A stretch of DNA of 64,000 bases, taken from the NCBI RefSeq assembly GCF_006345805.1, contig NC_043001.1, positions 18,600,001-18,664,000 of the forward strand, in the 5' to 3' direction. Positions within the stretch are counted from its first letter, which is position 1. The number at the start of each line of letters is the position of its first letter. This document shows positions 1 through 11,810 of the stretch, one piece after another. Both the position numbers and the translations under genes were made by a program. This DNA is from Octopus sinensis (lineage: Eukaryota). Below the pieces are notes generated by a model. That model saw only the letters and a program-made list of their open reading frames with translations. It had not been told where the DNA came from and searched no databases.

Positions 1-56
1 CTTTTATATGTTCCATTACTATGTATATATAAGCGCAGATGTAGCTGTGTGAGATT

Positions 57-431
57 GACGAGTTGGTAGAAACGTTAGCACGCTAGGCGAAATGCTTAGC
101 GGTATTTCGTTTGCCGTTACGTTGTGAGTTCAAATTCCGCCGAGGTCGACTTTGCCTTTCATCCTTTCGTGGTCGATAAATTAAGTATCAGTTTTGTACT
201 GGGGTCGATGTAATCGACTTAATCCGTTTGTCTGTCCTTGTTTGTCTCCTCTATGTTTAGCCCCTTGTGGGTAATAAAGAAATAGGTATTTCATTCTGAG
301 TTCAAATTCCGCCGAGGTCGACTTTGCCTCTCATCCTTTCGGGGTCGATAAATTAAGTATCAGTTAATCCCTTTGTCTGTCCTTCTTTGTCCCCTCTATG
401 TTTAGCCCCTTGTGGGCAATAAGAAGAAATA
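57..431 (+). mobile_element. SINE-A dimer
   Basis: tRNA-like A box (tggtagaaacgttag) and B box (gagttcaaattcc), central gcctttcatcctttcggggtcgataaa domain, tail aaagaaata; second unit deleted internally. Confidence 0.85.
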
Positions 432-1238
432 AGAAGTTTGCTTCCAAACCGCATGGTCCGGGTTCGGTCACACTGGGGAGGCGGGTAGTTGATGATATCT
501 TTCTAGTATTGGCACAAGGTCTGAAATTTGTGGGGAGAGGGTAAGTCGATTACATCAATCCCAATGCTAAACTAGTACTTATTTTATCAACCCCGAAAGG
601 ATGAAAGGCCAGGTCAACCTCAGTGGAATTTGAACTCAGAACGTAAAGACGGACGAAATGCCGCTAAGCATTTTTCCCGACATGATAACGATTCTCCCAG
701 CTCGTCACCTTCGAATAGTTGATAATACTGATACGAGAACATTACTAGTACTATATTTTATCGATTCCAGAAATATGAAAAAAGGAAAGTTAACGTCAGC
801 TGTATTTGAACTCAGGGCGTATAGGACAGTGCATAAAATACGAAAACACCCTTCTTTCCGACGTCCCTATAATTCTTTCAACTATACATGCTCTTCTAAA
901 TTCATCTGTCCTCGACTATATCGGATATTTAGTTCCAAAATTCACAATTTTAAATGAATCTGTGATAAATAGATAATAGAACTTGGGGGAAAATATGCTT
1001 CGTTCCGAGACCCTAAATTAACCTGAACATTGTGGATGGTCCTTGGGGCACGCTTTTGCGGTCCAAGAAGAATCTTTCATCGTCAAATCGTCGTATCAGG
1101 GATCAATACGTGACAAATGCAACACATTTAGCATACCGTATCCGTGTTATTCTAGATCAGTGATGAAGGAATAAGTGATAAACGGGGATAGATGTAGTCT
1201 AGTATACACAGACAGACAGACACACAGACAGACAGACA

Positions 1239-1279
<41 letters not shown>

Positions 1280-1383
1280 TGTTTGAATTCGGAAGTACTG
1301 GTCTTTGGATATATGCTGTTTGATGTCGCTTGGTCAAATACGTATGTTAACTATCAGTGCTCTCAAATTTAAAATCTTCAAAT

Positions 1384-1441
1384 ACTGTACTGATGATTTT
1401 ACATTTTTCACATCTCTCTAACTCCGAAACGCGTATATAGT
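1384..1441 (+). ncRNA. Decayed type-I hammerhead motif
   Basis: actgta CTGATGA .. actcc GAAA CGC GTA tatagt. 6-bp stem I and palindromic ACGCGT stem III. The 5' strand of stem II is missing. Confidence 0.5.
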
Positions 1442-1607
1442 TAATCAGAGCCGGGTAGATTCGTTATTTTTTTCTCTTTACCTGCGTGAGTTGCTGAGTA
1501 TTGCTGTTTGGGAGATATCTTATGGTAGTAAAATAGTAGTTTAACTGCTATTTCTAAATTTCGGTATATGGTGAAGCATATTTCGCTAATTATAGAATTT
1601 ATATATA

Positions 1608-1998
1608 TTACTCTTTGCTCTTACTCTTTTACTTGTTACAGTCATTTGACTGCGGCCATGCTGGAACACCACCTTTAATCGAACAACTAGACCCCGGGAC
1701 TTACTTTTTGTAAGCCCAGTACTTATTCTATCGGTCTCTTTTGCCGAACCGCTAAGTGACGGGGACAAAAACACACCAGCAATACTAGGGGGACAAACAC
1801 AGACACACAAACACACACGCATATATACACATATATACGACGGGCTTCTCTCAGTTTCCGTCTACCAAATCCACTCACAAGGCTTTGGTCGGCCCAAAGC
1901 TATAGTAGAAGACAGTTGCCCAAGGTGCCACGTAGTGGGACTGAATCCGGAACCACGTGGCTGGTAAACAAGCTAATTACCACACAGCTACTCCTGCG
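1608..1998 (-). mobile_element. SINE-B (CORE-type: accttgggcaagtgtct)
   Basis: tRNA-like head, CORE-like motif, internal TA/CA tract, 3' stem-loop and (TAAAAGAG) tail. Confidence 0.85.
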
Positions 1999-2185
1999 AG
2001 CGGTGTTTCGTCTGCCGCTACGTTCTGAGTTCAAATTCCGCCGAGGTCAACTTTGCCTTTCATCCTTTCGGGGTCGATAAATAAAGTACCAGTTACGCAC
2101 TGGGGATCGATGTAATCGACTTAATCCCTTTGTCTGTCCTTGTTTGTCCCCTCTATGTTTAGCCACTTGTAGGCAATAAAGAAAT
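1999..2185 (+). mobile_element. SINE-A, headless unit
   Basis: Starts at gcggtgtttcgtc; B box, central domain and tail present. Confidence 0.85.
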
Positions 2186-2207
2186 ATATATATATATATA
2201 TATATAT

Positions 2208-2849
2208 AAAAGCAATTAAGATTCAAGTCAATTCTAATGAATTTACTTGAATGCGGTACTTAACTTAGATGCACCAGAAAACTATATGGTGTTAACCATA
2301 CAGTAATGTGGGATGATTATAAACGAGAAAGAAGCAACAAGAATGGATTAGTTTTTAGTACAATTGTTTCATACAAAGACAGGCTTTATTAAAAGTTGCA
2401 AATATTGCAGCAGATATTTGCAAGTTTTAATAAAGCCTGTCTTTGTATGAAACAATTGTACTAAAAACTAATCCATTCTTGTTGCTTCTTTCTCGTATAT
2501 ATATATAATATATATATATATTATATATATATATATATAATATATATATATAAAAGCAATTAAGATTCAAGTCAATTCTAATGAATTTACTTGAATGCGG
2601 TACTTAACTTAGATGCACCAGAAAACTATATGGTGTTAACCATACAGTAATGTGGGATGATTATAAACGAGAAAGAAGCAACAAGAATGGATTAGTTTTT
2701 AGTACAATTGTTTCATACAAAGACAGGCTTTATTAAAAGTTGCAAATATTGCAGCAGATATTTGAAACTTTTAATAAAGCCTGTCTTTGTATGAAACAAT
2801 TGTACTAAAAACTAATCCATTCTTGTTGCTTCTTTCTCGTATATATATA

Positions 2850-2887
<38 letters not shown>

Positions 2888-3517
2888 TATATAAAAGCAA
2901 TTAAGATTCAAGTCATTCTAATGAATTTACTTGAATGCGGTACTTAACTTAGATGCACCAGAAAACTATATGGTGTTAACCATACAGTAATGTGGGATGA
3001 TTATAAACGAGAAAGAAGCAACAAGAATGGATTAGTTTTTAGTACAATTGTTTCATACAAAGACAGGCTTTATTAAAAGTTGCAAATATTGCAGCAGATA
3101 TTTGCAAGTTTTAATAAAGCCTGTCTTTGTATGAAACAATTGTACTAAAAACTAATCCATTCTTGTTGCTTCTTTCTCGTATATTATATATATATATATA
3201 TATCTATATATATATATATATATATTATATAAAAGCAATTAAGATTCAAGTCAATTCTAATGAATTTACTTGAATGCGGTACTTAACTTAGATGCACCAG
3301 AAAACTATATGGTGTTAACCATACAGTAATGTGGGATGATTATAAACGAGAAAGAAGCAACAAGAATGGATTAGTTTTTAGTACAATTGTTTCATACAAA
3401 GACAGGCTTTATTAAAAGTTGCAAATATTGCAGCAGATATTTGAAACTTTTAATAAAGCCTGTCTTTGTATGAAACAATTGTACTAAAAACTAATCCATT
3501 CTTGTTGCTTCTTTCTC

Positions 3518-3561
<44 letters not shown>

Positions 3562-3860
3562 TATATATATATAAAAGCAATTAAGATTCAAGTCAATTCT
3601 AATGAATTTACTTGAATGCGGTACTTAACTTAGATGCACCAGAAAACTATATGGTGTTAACCATACAGTAATGTGGGATGATTATAAACGAGAAAGAAGC
3701 AACAAGAATGGATTAGTTTTTAGTACAATTGTTTCATACAAAGACAGGCTTTATTAAAAGTTGCAAATATTGCAGCAGATATTTGAAACTTTTAATAAAG
3801 CCTGTCTTGTATGAAACAATTGTACTAAAAACTAATCCATTCTTGTTGCTTCTTTCTCGT
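2208..3860. repeat. Five tandem copies of a 288-289-bp unit, each ending in a 174-bp hairpin, separated by (TA)n
   Basis: Units 2208-2496, 2552-2840, 2893-3180, 3231-3519, 3573-3860. In unit 1, arms 2323-2404 and 2415-2496 (82 bp, 1 mismatch) enclose a 10-nt loop. Confidence 0.95.
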
Positions 3861-4183
3861 ATATATATATATATCTATATATATATATAATATATATTAT
3901 ATATATATTATATATATATATATATATATATTTTATAAAAGAAAGAATATAAACAAGTAAACAGCAAACGTGCTGAACACGCATGACGTTTTTAATATTT
4001 TCATCCTGAATCTCATTGATTAGTCAAATCTTGTAGTCATGGAGCCGAACAGTTCTGGAGGGCAAGCTGTGATTTGAACACGTAAGTTATCAAAGGGAGG
4101 AAAACAAACGAACTTGTAATTAGAACGTTTTGTCATTTCATACTGGAGAATATTGAAATTATTAATTAATAAGAAATTCGTAC

Positions 4184-5385
4184 GTACATACATACATACA
4201 TACATACATATATACATGCATACCTACATACATACATACAAGCATACAAGCATGCATACATACATACATGCATACAAGCATGCATACATACATACATACA
4301 TGCATGCATGCATACATATATGCATGCATACATGCATACATATATACATGCATACATGCATACATACATACATACATACATACATACATGCATGCATGCA
4401 TGCATGCATACATACATACATACATACATACATGTATACGTACATACATACATACATACATACATACATACACACATACATACATACATACATGCATACA
4501 TACATACATACATACATACATACATACACACATACATACATACATACATGCATACATACATACATACATACATGCATACATACATACATAGATACATGCA
4601 TACATGCATACCTACATATTTGCATGCATACATACATGCATACATACATCAATACCTACATACATACATACATACATACATACATTCATACACACACTTA
4701 TATACAGACATACATACATGCATACATACATACATACATACATACATACATACATACATACATACATACATGCATACATACATACATGCATGCATGAATA
4801 CATTCATGCATGCATACATACATACATACATGCATACATATACACATACATACATACATGCATACATATGCACATACATATACACATACATACATACATA
4901 CATACATACATGCATGCATACATACATAGATTATACATACATACATACATGCATACATCCATCCATCCATCCATACATACATACATACATACATACATAC
5001 ATACATACATACTACATACATACATACTACATACATACATACATGCATACATACATACATACATACATACATACAACATACATACATACATACATGCATA
5101 CATACATACATGCATGCATGAATACATTCATGCATGCATACATACATACATACATGCATACATATACACATACATACATACATGCATACATATGCACATA
5201 CATATACACATACATACATACATACATACATACATGCATGCATACATACATAGATTATACATACATACATACATGCATACATCCATCCATCCATCCATAC
5301 ATACATACATACATACATACATACATACATACATACATACATACATACATACATGCGTACATACATGCATACATACATACATATT
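4184..5385. repeat. Complex (CATA)n/(CATG)n microsatellite with a 324-bp internal duplication
   Basis: The diagnostic gaatacattc motif occurs at 4796 and 5120. Confidence 0.95.
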
Positions 5386-5809
5386 TACGTATATATATTT
5401 CAACAATGGAAAGAAACCAAGCTGCGCACGCTCGCCCGCAGTCATCCATTGATCCGATCCAAACGTAAGAATGTGAAAAGATAACACGAAGTTAATAGGT
5501 AAGTTGCTAGGTAAGTAGACAATTGGACTGATGAGGCGGGTGGTAAGGTAGTTAAGTAGATAGTTTGATGGTAAATAAAAAAAAAAGACACAAAACAAGC
5601 AATACACAACAGGACTGACATATATTTAGAAATAAACAGATAAAAAGATAATACGTAATATGCTAAATAAACATGATATACTAATTAACTTCCTTGCTCT
5701 TTGCAGCTCATAACACTAATAACGCTTTTTGTGCGAAAACAACGGCAATAGTTGTTAGCAAATTATTCTATTTCTATTATATCATTGCTTGTTGTCTAAT
5801 ATTATATTG

Positions 5810-6224
5810 GGATCTTTTCTGTTTGAACGGCAGTTTTTAACGTAATTTCTAGGTAACTAAAACATTTAAAACTTCGTATACTGGTAGAACGTGTTTATAA
5901 AACATCTTTTTCTCTTGGCTTTATTGAGAAAATTCTATAGTTTGTAAGATATTTGTTGTTTTTTCTACTTCAATTTATGCAATTTCAACCAATCACTGAC
6001 GTCTATTGAGGTAAACAACATTCTGTGCCGTATGAATATGTCCCTCGTTTAAGAAACAGATTGGGTTTATTTATATTTGTGAAGAAAAAAAATACCCTTC
6101 CCCCTAACTAATCCTAACCCTAAAACAGATTGAAATGCAATAGATCGATACTAGGTTCATAATTATGGGTGACAATTTCATATGACACCGCTAGAAAAAA
6201 CTGCCGTTCAAACCGAAAAGATCC
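5810..6224. mobile_element. MITE, Merlin-type (GG termini, 8-bp TSD), copy 1
   Basis: About 29-bp TIRs ggatcttttctgtttgaacggcagttttt / aaaaactgccgttcaaaccgaaaagatcc. Flanks ttatattg (5802-5809) and ttatatgg (6225-6232). No ORF. Homologous to 30453-30904 in the opposite orientation. Confidence 0.8.
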
Positions 6225-7044
6225 TTATATGGTGTATTATGGGTAACTATGATGAGAGCAGGGGCACTTTTACCGCCTAAGTAAACTTCGCCATTCATCG
6301 TTCTACGATCGATGAAATAATAATTCCAGTGAAGTGCTGGGTTTGTTATCATTGATTCTACTCTACCTGGATATTCGTGATATCGTGCTGACGTAAGAAA
6401 TCATTTTAGGTAACTATGGCCTGAGATCTATAGAAGATATTTAACTGGAGATTGAGCGTGAAATTCGTGTTCGATTATTGATCGAATCCAGTTCAGTTTT
6501 ACTTTTGCTTTTGATTTCTTTTATTTTTATTCTTCTTATTTCAGTTATTGGACTGGTGCCATGCTGGAGCACCGCCTTAAATGTTTAGTCGAATAAATCG
6601 ACTCCAGTACTTACTTTTATCTAAGGTTTGGTACTTAATCTTTCAGTCTCTTGTACCGAATTGCTAAATTAAAGGTAAATAAACCCATACTAGTTGTTAA
6701 GCGGTAATGGAGGACAAATACACAGACAAATACCTCTTTCCCTGTCCCATGTGTCTCCTCTTGTCCCGAGGCAGACAGGGCAAGAGGAGACAGACAGTGT
6801 AGAGAGTCGCTGAAGTACTTTCACTGATAAATAAGCTAACAAAATAATAATACTAATAAAACTAAAAGGAAGATCAGATAAATCGTACGAATAGCCAAAA
6901 ATTGTAAAATTGGCAAAGGATGACCATCTCCAAGTATAACATAGGAATCCTCTACTCTCAATGTTGAATTCTTGATTCCAAACCATATTTTCGCAAATTC
7001 TTACTATAATAAAAGGTTATTTATTGAAAAATTTTATGACGCTA

Positions 7045-7261
7045 TACTCTTTACTTTTTTAATTGTTTCAGTCATTTGACTGCGGCCATGCTGGAGCACC
7101 GCCTTTAGTCGAGCAAATCGACCCAGGACTTATTCTTTGTAAGCCTAGTACTTATTCTATCGGTCTCTTTTGCCGAACCGCTAAGTGACGGGGACGTAAA
7201 CACATCACCATTAGTTGTCAAGCGATGCTGGGGGACAAACACAGACACAGACACACACACA

Positions 7262-7323
<62 letters not shown>

Positions 7324-7500
7324 TATACATATATACGACGGGCTTCTTTCAGTTTCCGCCTACCAAATCCACTCACAAGGCTTTGGTCGGCCCGAGGCTA
7401 TAGTAGAAGACACTTGCCCAAGGTACCACGCTGTGGGACTGAACACGGAACCATGTGGTTGGTAAGCAAGCTACTTACCACACAGCCACTCCTGTGCCTA
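7045..7500 (-). mobile_element. SINE-B, full length
   Basis: Same structure, with a long internal (CA)n. Confidence 0.9.
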
Positions 7501-8232
7501 TTAAAATTATGTCTTCAAATTTTGGGGAAAAAGGTCGTAAATTTTAGAGACGGGGATTACATCACCTCCTGTGATCAAACTAGTACTTCCTTTATCTACA
7601 TGGAAAAAAATTTGATATCGACAGAATTTGAACTCTGATCATAAAAGTGCCGGATGATGCGCCCCTAAGTTCGTCATCCAAGACGCTATCAATCCCACCA
7701 GTTCGCTGCTTTTACGGAATTAAAAATATAATAAAAAATATACTGGAATCAGAAAATCGAGTCTTTTTCTCAGCAAAATGGCAAGAATAACTTGAATGTC
7801 TTTGACTTTTTTGACATCAATTGTTTGCAGACAGAGAGTACTGACAGCTGTCATTTTAACTCATCATGAAAATGGAATGTTTTCAAAATCACTTTATTCC
7901 TATCAAATCAAATAATTGTTCAATTTCATGCTACATTCCACCATTTTTTAAACTGAAAATTGGAAGAAAAAAAAAATTATAATTCAGCGAAATTTACGTC
8001 ATTTCGATATGCATTTAACCGATCAATTTTACACAGATATGCATTTAACCGATAAATTTTTACACGGATATGATGCAAAACGGTTCGGAGATTGGAAGTG
8101 TTATGCAATTAAAATGATTTATGGAATCAAACGCAATCAAATGTGGGATGAGTTTCATTAATTATCGATATCAAAATGAAGAATATCAATCTATAGGCGC
8201 AGGCATGTCTGTGGTAAGAAGTTTGCTTTCCG

Positions 8233-8890
8233 GAACCTTGTCGGTTGGGGTTGTGCCACCGGCAGGGGAAGAGACACCGTTGGCGGGAACTGTGCCGCCA
8301 CTGGTTGGGGAAGAGACACCGTTGGCGGGAACTGTGCCGCCACCGACAGGGGAAGATACACCATTGGCGGGAACTGTGCCGCCACCAGCAGGGGGAAGAT
8401 ACACCGTTGGCGGGAACTGTGCCGCCACCGGCAGAGGAAGAGACACCGTTGGCGGGAACTGTGCCGCCACCGACAGGGGAAGATACACCATTGGCGGGAA
8501 CTGTGCCGCCACCAGCAGGGGGAAGATACACCGTTGGCGGGAACTGTGCCGCCACCGGCAGAGGAAGAGACACCGTTGGCGGGAACTGTGCCGCCACCGA
8601 CAGGGGAATATACACCGTTGGTGGGAACTGTGCCGCCACCGGCAGGAGAAGAGACACCGTTGGCGGGAACTGTGCAGCCACCGGCAGGGGAATATACAAC
8701 GTTGGCGGGAACTCTGCCGCCACCGGCAGAGGAAGAGACACCGTTGGCGGGAACTGAGCCGCCACCAGCAGGGGAAGAGACACCGTTGCAGGAACTGTGC
8801 CGCCACCGGCAGGGGAAGAGACACCGTTGGCGGGAACTGAGCCGCCACCGGCAGGGGAAGAGACACCGTTGGCGAGAACTGTGCCGCCAA
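8233..8890 (+). repeat. GC-rich 42-bp minisatellite (about 15 copies), reading as TPLAGTVPPPAGEE
   Basis: Unit ggcgggaactgtgccgccaccggcaggggaagagacaccgtt. Includes a duplicated 127-bp block (starts at 8344 and 8471). Confidence 0.95.
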
Positions 8891-9198
8891 CGGTAGAATT
8901 GGGTATCCCGCCCCCGGAGGAAAACGAATTATTGGTCTTCTTCTATAGAGGTGGAGAGGTAGAAAAGGTGGTGGAAAAGTACCATAAGGGAGCACCTTTA
9001 GCCTGCACACAGGATCCCGAATGGTCTCTGCAGATAGCTGTAGAGGTCATAACGTTGCCCGTGATGAATAGGCTGAAGGGACTCAAAGAGGAATATCGCT
9101 TGTACCCGGGTGATGCCGACATGACACCTGCTTTGATCTTGAATGTGGCGTGGGTGATGGCGGAGTATGCGGTTACAAGCGATGTTGAGGAGGAATAG
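8233..9198 (+). pseudogene. Frameshifted Pro/Glu-rich coding-like fragment of unknown origin (probably retroelement-derived)
   Basis: The 14-aa repeats run into a non-repetitive ~100-aa frame ending ..AVTSDVEEE* at 9198. Three frameshifts (about 8390, 8520, 8789). No family recognised. Confidence 0.35.
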
Positions 9199-9217
9199 TA
9201 ATAAGAGGTTGAAAAGC

Positions 9218-9600
9218 GGTACTTCGTCTGCCACTACGTTCTTAGTTCAAATTCCACCGAGGTCGACTTTGCCTTTCATCCTTTCGGGATCGATAAATTA
9301 AGCACCAGTTTCGCACTGGGGTCGATATAATCGACTTAATCCCTTTGTCTGTCCTTGTTTGTCCCCTCTATGTTTAGCCCCTTGTGGGCAATAAAGAAAT
9401 AAGAATCATTAGCACGCCGGGCAGAAGGCTTGGTGGTATTTCGTCTATTTTTACCTTCTCAGTTCAAATTCCACCGAGGTCGAGTTTGCCTTTCATCCTT
9501 TCAGGGTCGATAAATTAAGTGCCAGTTATGTGCTGGGGTCAATCTAATCGACTGGCTCCCGTCCCCCCAAATTTCGGGCCTTGGGCCTAGAGCAGAAAAG
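9218..9600 (+). mobile_element. SINE-A unit plus older-tail SINE-A
   Basis: Two consecutive B-box/central-domain units with different 3' tails. Confidence 0.8.
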
Positions 9601-9872
9601 AATACATTTATCATTGAATGTCTATCTAAATGTAGTTTGTTGCACGATATTTCATGTTGGGTTGTTCATTATAATAAAAGACAAGAGAGTTCTTAGAATG
9701 ATTAGATATGACCTGTTTCCAGAAGAAGGGTTGGTTCCTTACCCTTCGTCTCAGCAAGAAAGGAAGTAAAATCTGATCTTGTCGCTTTTGTTATCGATGA
9801 GTTTGTAATAGACACAATATCATCGATATTTTCTAATACCAGGTATTTTTTGATCCCTATTTTAAAGGATAT

Positions 9873-10182
9873 TCTTTTTTTACTCTTTTGCATGTTTCAG
9901 TCATTTGACTGTGGCCATGCCGGAGCACCGCCTTAAAGGGTTTTTTTTGTCGAAGAAATCGACCCCAGGACTTATTCTTTGTAAGCCTTGTACTTAGTCT
10001 ATCAGTATCATTATATATACGACGGGCTTCTTTCAGTTTCCGTCTACTAAATTCACTCACAAGGCTTTGGTCGGCCCGAGGCTATAGGAGAAGATACTTG
10101 CCCATGTTGCTTCGCAGTGGGACTGAACCCGGAAACATGTATTTGGGAAGCAAGCTTCTTACCACACCGCCACACCTGCGCC
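9873..10182 (-). mobile_element. SINE-B, internally deleted
   Basis: Head, CORE and tail present. Confidence 0.8.
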
Positions 10183-10485
10183 AATATACATCGTAAACAT
10201 AACCTAAGTTATTTCACTGTCATTCGTTTTGTTATAAGTGACTGAGTGTAGCCAAATGGTTAGGGTTTTGGGCTCGTGAACGTTAGGTCGGTTTCGATTC
10301 TCCGACCGGGCAATGCGATGTCCTTCGGCAAGACTCTTCATTTTCGTAGCTTCAGTACATTCAACGGAAAATGAATACCATGTAACGAGCTGGTTCTTTT
10401 CCTGCATTTTCAGTCGAAACGCCTTGAAAATGCAGATAAGCTGTGGCCTCATAAACCGGTAGGTTAAAAAAGACCATATAGTGCT

Positions 10486-10493
<8 letters not shown>

Positions 10494-10561
<68 letters not shown>

Positions 10562-10577
10562 CAGCAGCAGCACCGGT

Positions 10578-10643
<66 letters not shown>

Positions 10644-10652
10644 TGTTGTTGT
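10494..10652. repeat. (TAG)n/(CAG)n/(TTG)n compound trinucleotide repeat
   Basis: Read directly from the sequence. Confidence 0.95.
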
Positions 10653-11165
10653 TTAAACTCACGTGAACCTTGATACAATAGGGTTATGATCAGAGACATT
10701 CCAGTGAAGATCATCCCGTCGGTGCCAGTGTAGTATGTGGTCTACACGCCATTGTGACCTACATCAGCTTAAATCTGGACTAGCTTGTGACCCACATTCA
10801 AAATTTTGTTATAAATTTGCAATTATAATTAGAGGAGTGAGTTTAAACATTTAAAAAGAAAATTTTTTATTGACTTTCATTTCATTTTAGAAACACGAAT
10901 ACTGTATACATGAATATTTGTACGCAGCACGGGTATCTTTAAAAATACAATAAAGAGATTTCGTTCGTCTGATCTTAAAATCTTCCAACAAATGAAATCT
11001 GAATGAGATTGAAACGTTCGCAATGGAATACCTCTCGTTTTTTTTTTGAGAAGACGAATTTTAGCTTCTAGTCACGACCGCTCAATGTTCTGCCTATGTG
11101 TTCCATCATGACGATTAACATAGCTTTGCTGGTGGTTGACGTTGGAATGGATGTAATATCTATTT

Positions 11166-11552
11166 GTGGAAGCGCAATGGCCCAGTGGTTAGGGCAGCGG
11201 ACTCGCGATCGTAGGATCGCGATTTCGATTCCCAGACCGGGCGTTGTGAGTGTTTATTGAGCGAAAACACCTAAAGTTCCACGAGGCTCCGGCAGGGGAT
11301 GGTGGTGATCCCTGCTGTACTCTTTCACCACTACTTTCTCTCACTCTTACTTCCTGTTTCTGTTGTACCTGTATTTTCAAAGGGCCGGCCTTGTCACTCT
11401 CTGTGTCACGCTGAATATCCCCGAGAACTACGTTAAGGGTACACGTGTCTGTGGAGTGCTCAGCCACTTACACGTTAATTTCACGAACAGGCTGTTCCGT
11501 TGGTTCGGATCAACCGGAACCCTCGTCGTCGTAACCGACGGAGAGAAAGCAA
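11166..11552 (+). mobile_element. SINE-C, tail type ii
   Basis: Head gtggaagcgcaatggcccagtggttagggcagcggactc; TSD aatatctattt (11155-11165 and 11553-11563). Confidence 0.9.
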
Positions 11553-11810
11553 AATATCTATTTAGATTCGAATATACCGGCCATTTATCTGAGTGGATGA
11601 TAGATCCTGCTTGCACTTCTCTTTGGATAATTGGCTATTTTTGGAACATAAAAATAGCGACAGTTTAAGCCATTTCTAAGTACGAAGACCCATGAACCAT
11701 TTATTCTTCGTCCATGATTTCTATTGTTCACAACATCTGCCTCACTATCAGTTGGTTCGGGTCTTTGATCACCAGTAAGAAGATGACCTCGATTATATTT
11801 TCTTCTTCCA

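Noticed and set aside
4020-4147. Good minus-strand acceptor followed by a 40-codon frame ending in a stop
   Set aside because: It does not resemble the NCX C-terminus; no supporting evidence.
5528-5534. Other CTGANGA hits (5528, 14540 minus, 34401 minus, 40106, 44280 minus, 55990 minus, 61351 minus) and CCGACGA..GAAACGTA at about 29944
   Set aside because: No properly placed GAAA, stem II and stem I pairing.
4153-5607. Many long ORFs (HTYI/MYVC repeats, up to 386 aa)
   Set aside because: These are translations of (CATA)n, which lacks stops in most frames. The same applies to the YIYI, LSIY, THTH and poly-Y/L ORFs elsewhere.
11166-11240. tRNA-like sequences with A and B boxes
   Set aside because: They are SINE heads continuing into repeat bodies; no complete cloverleaf.
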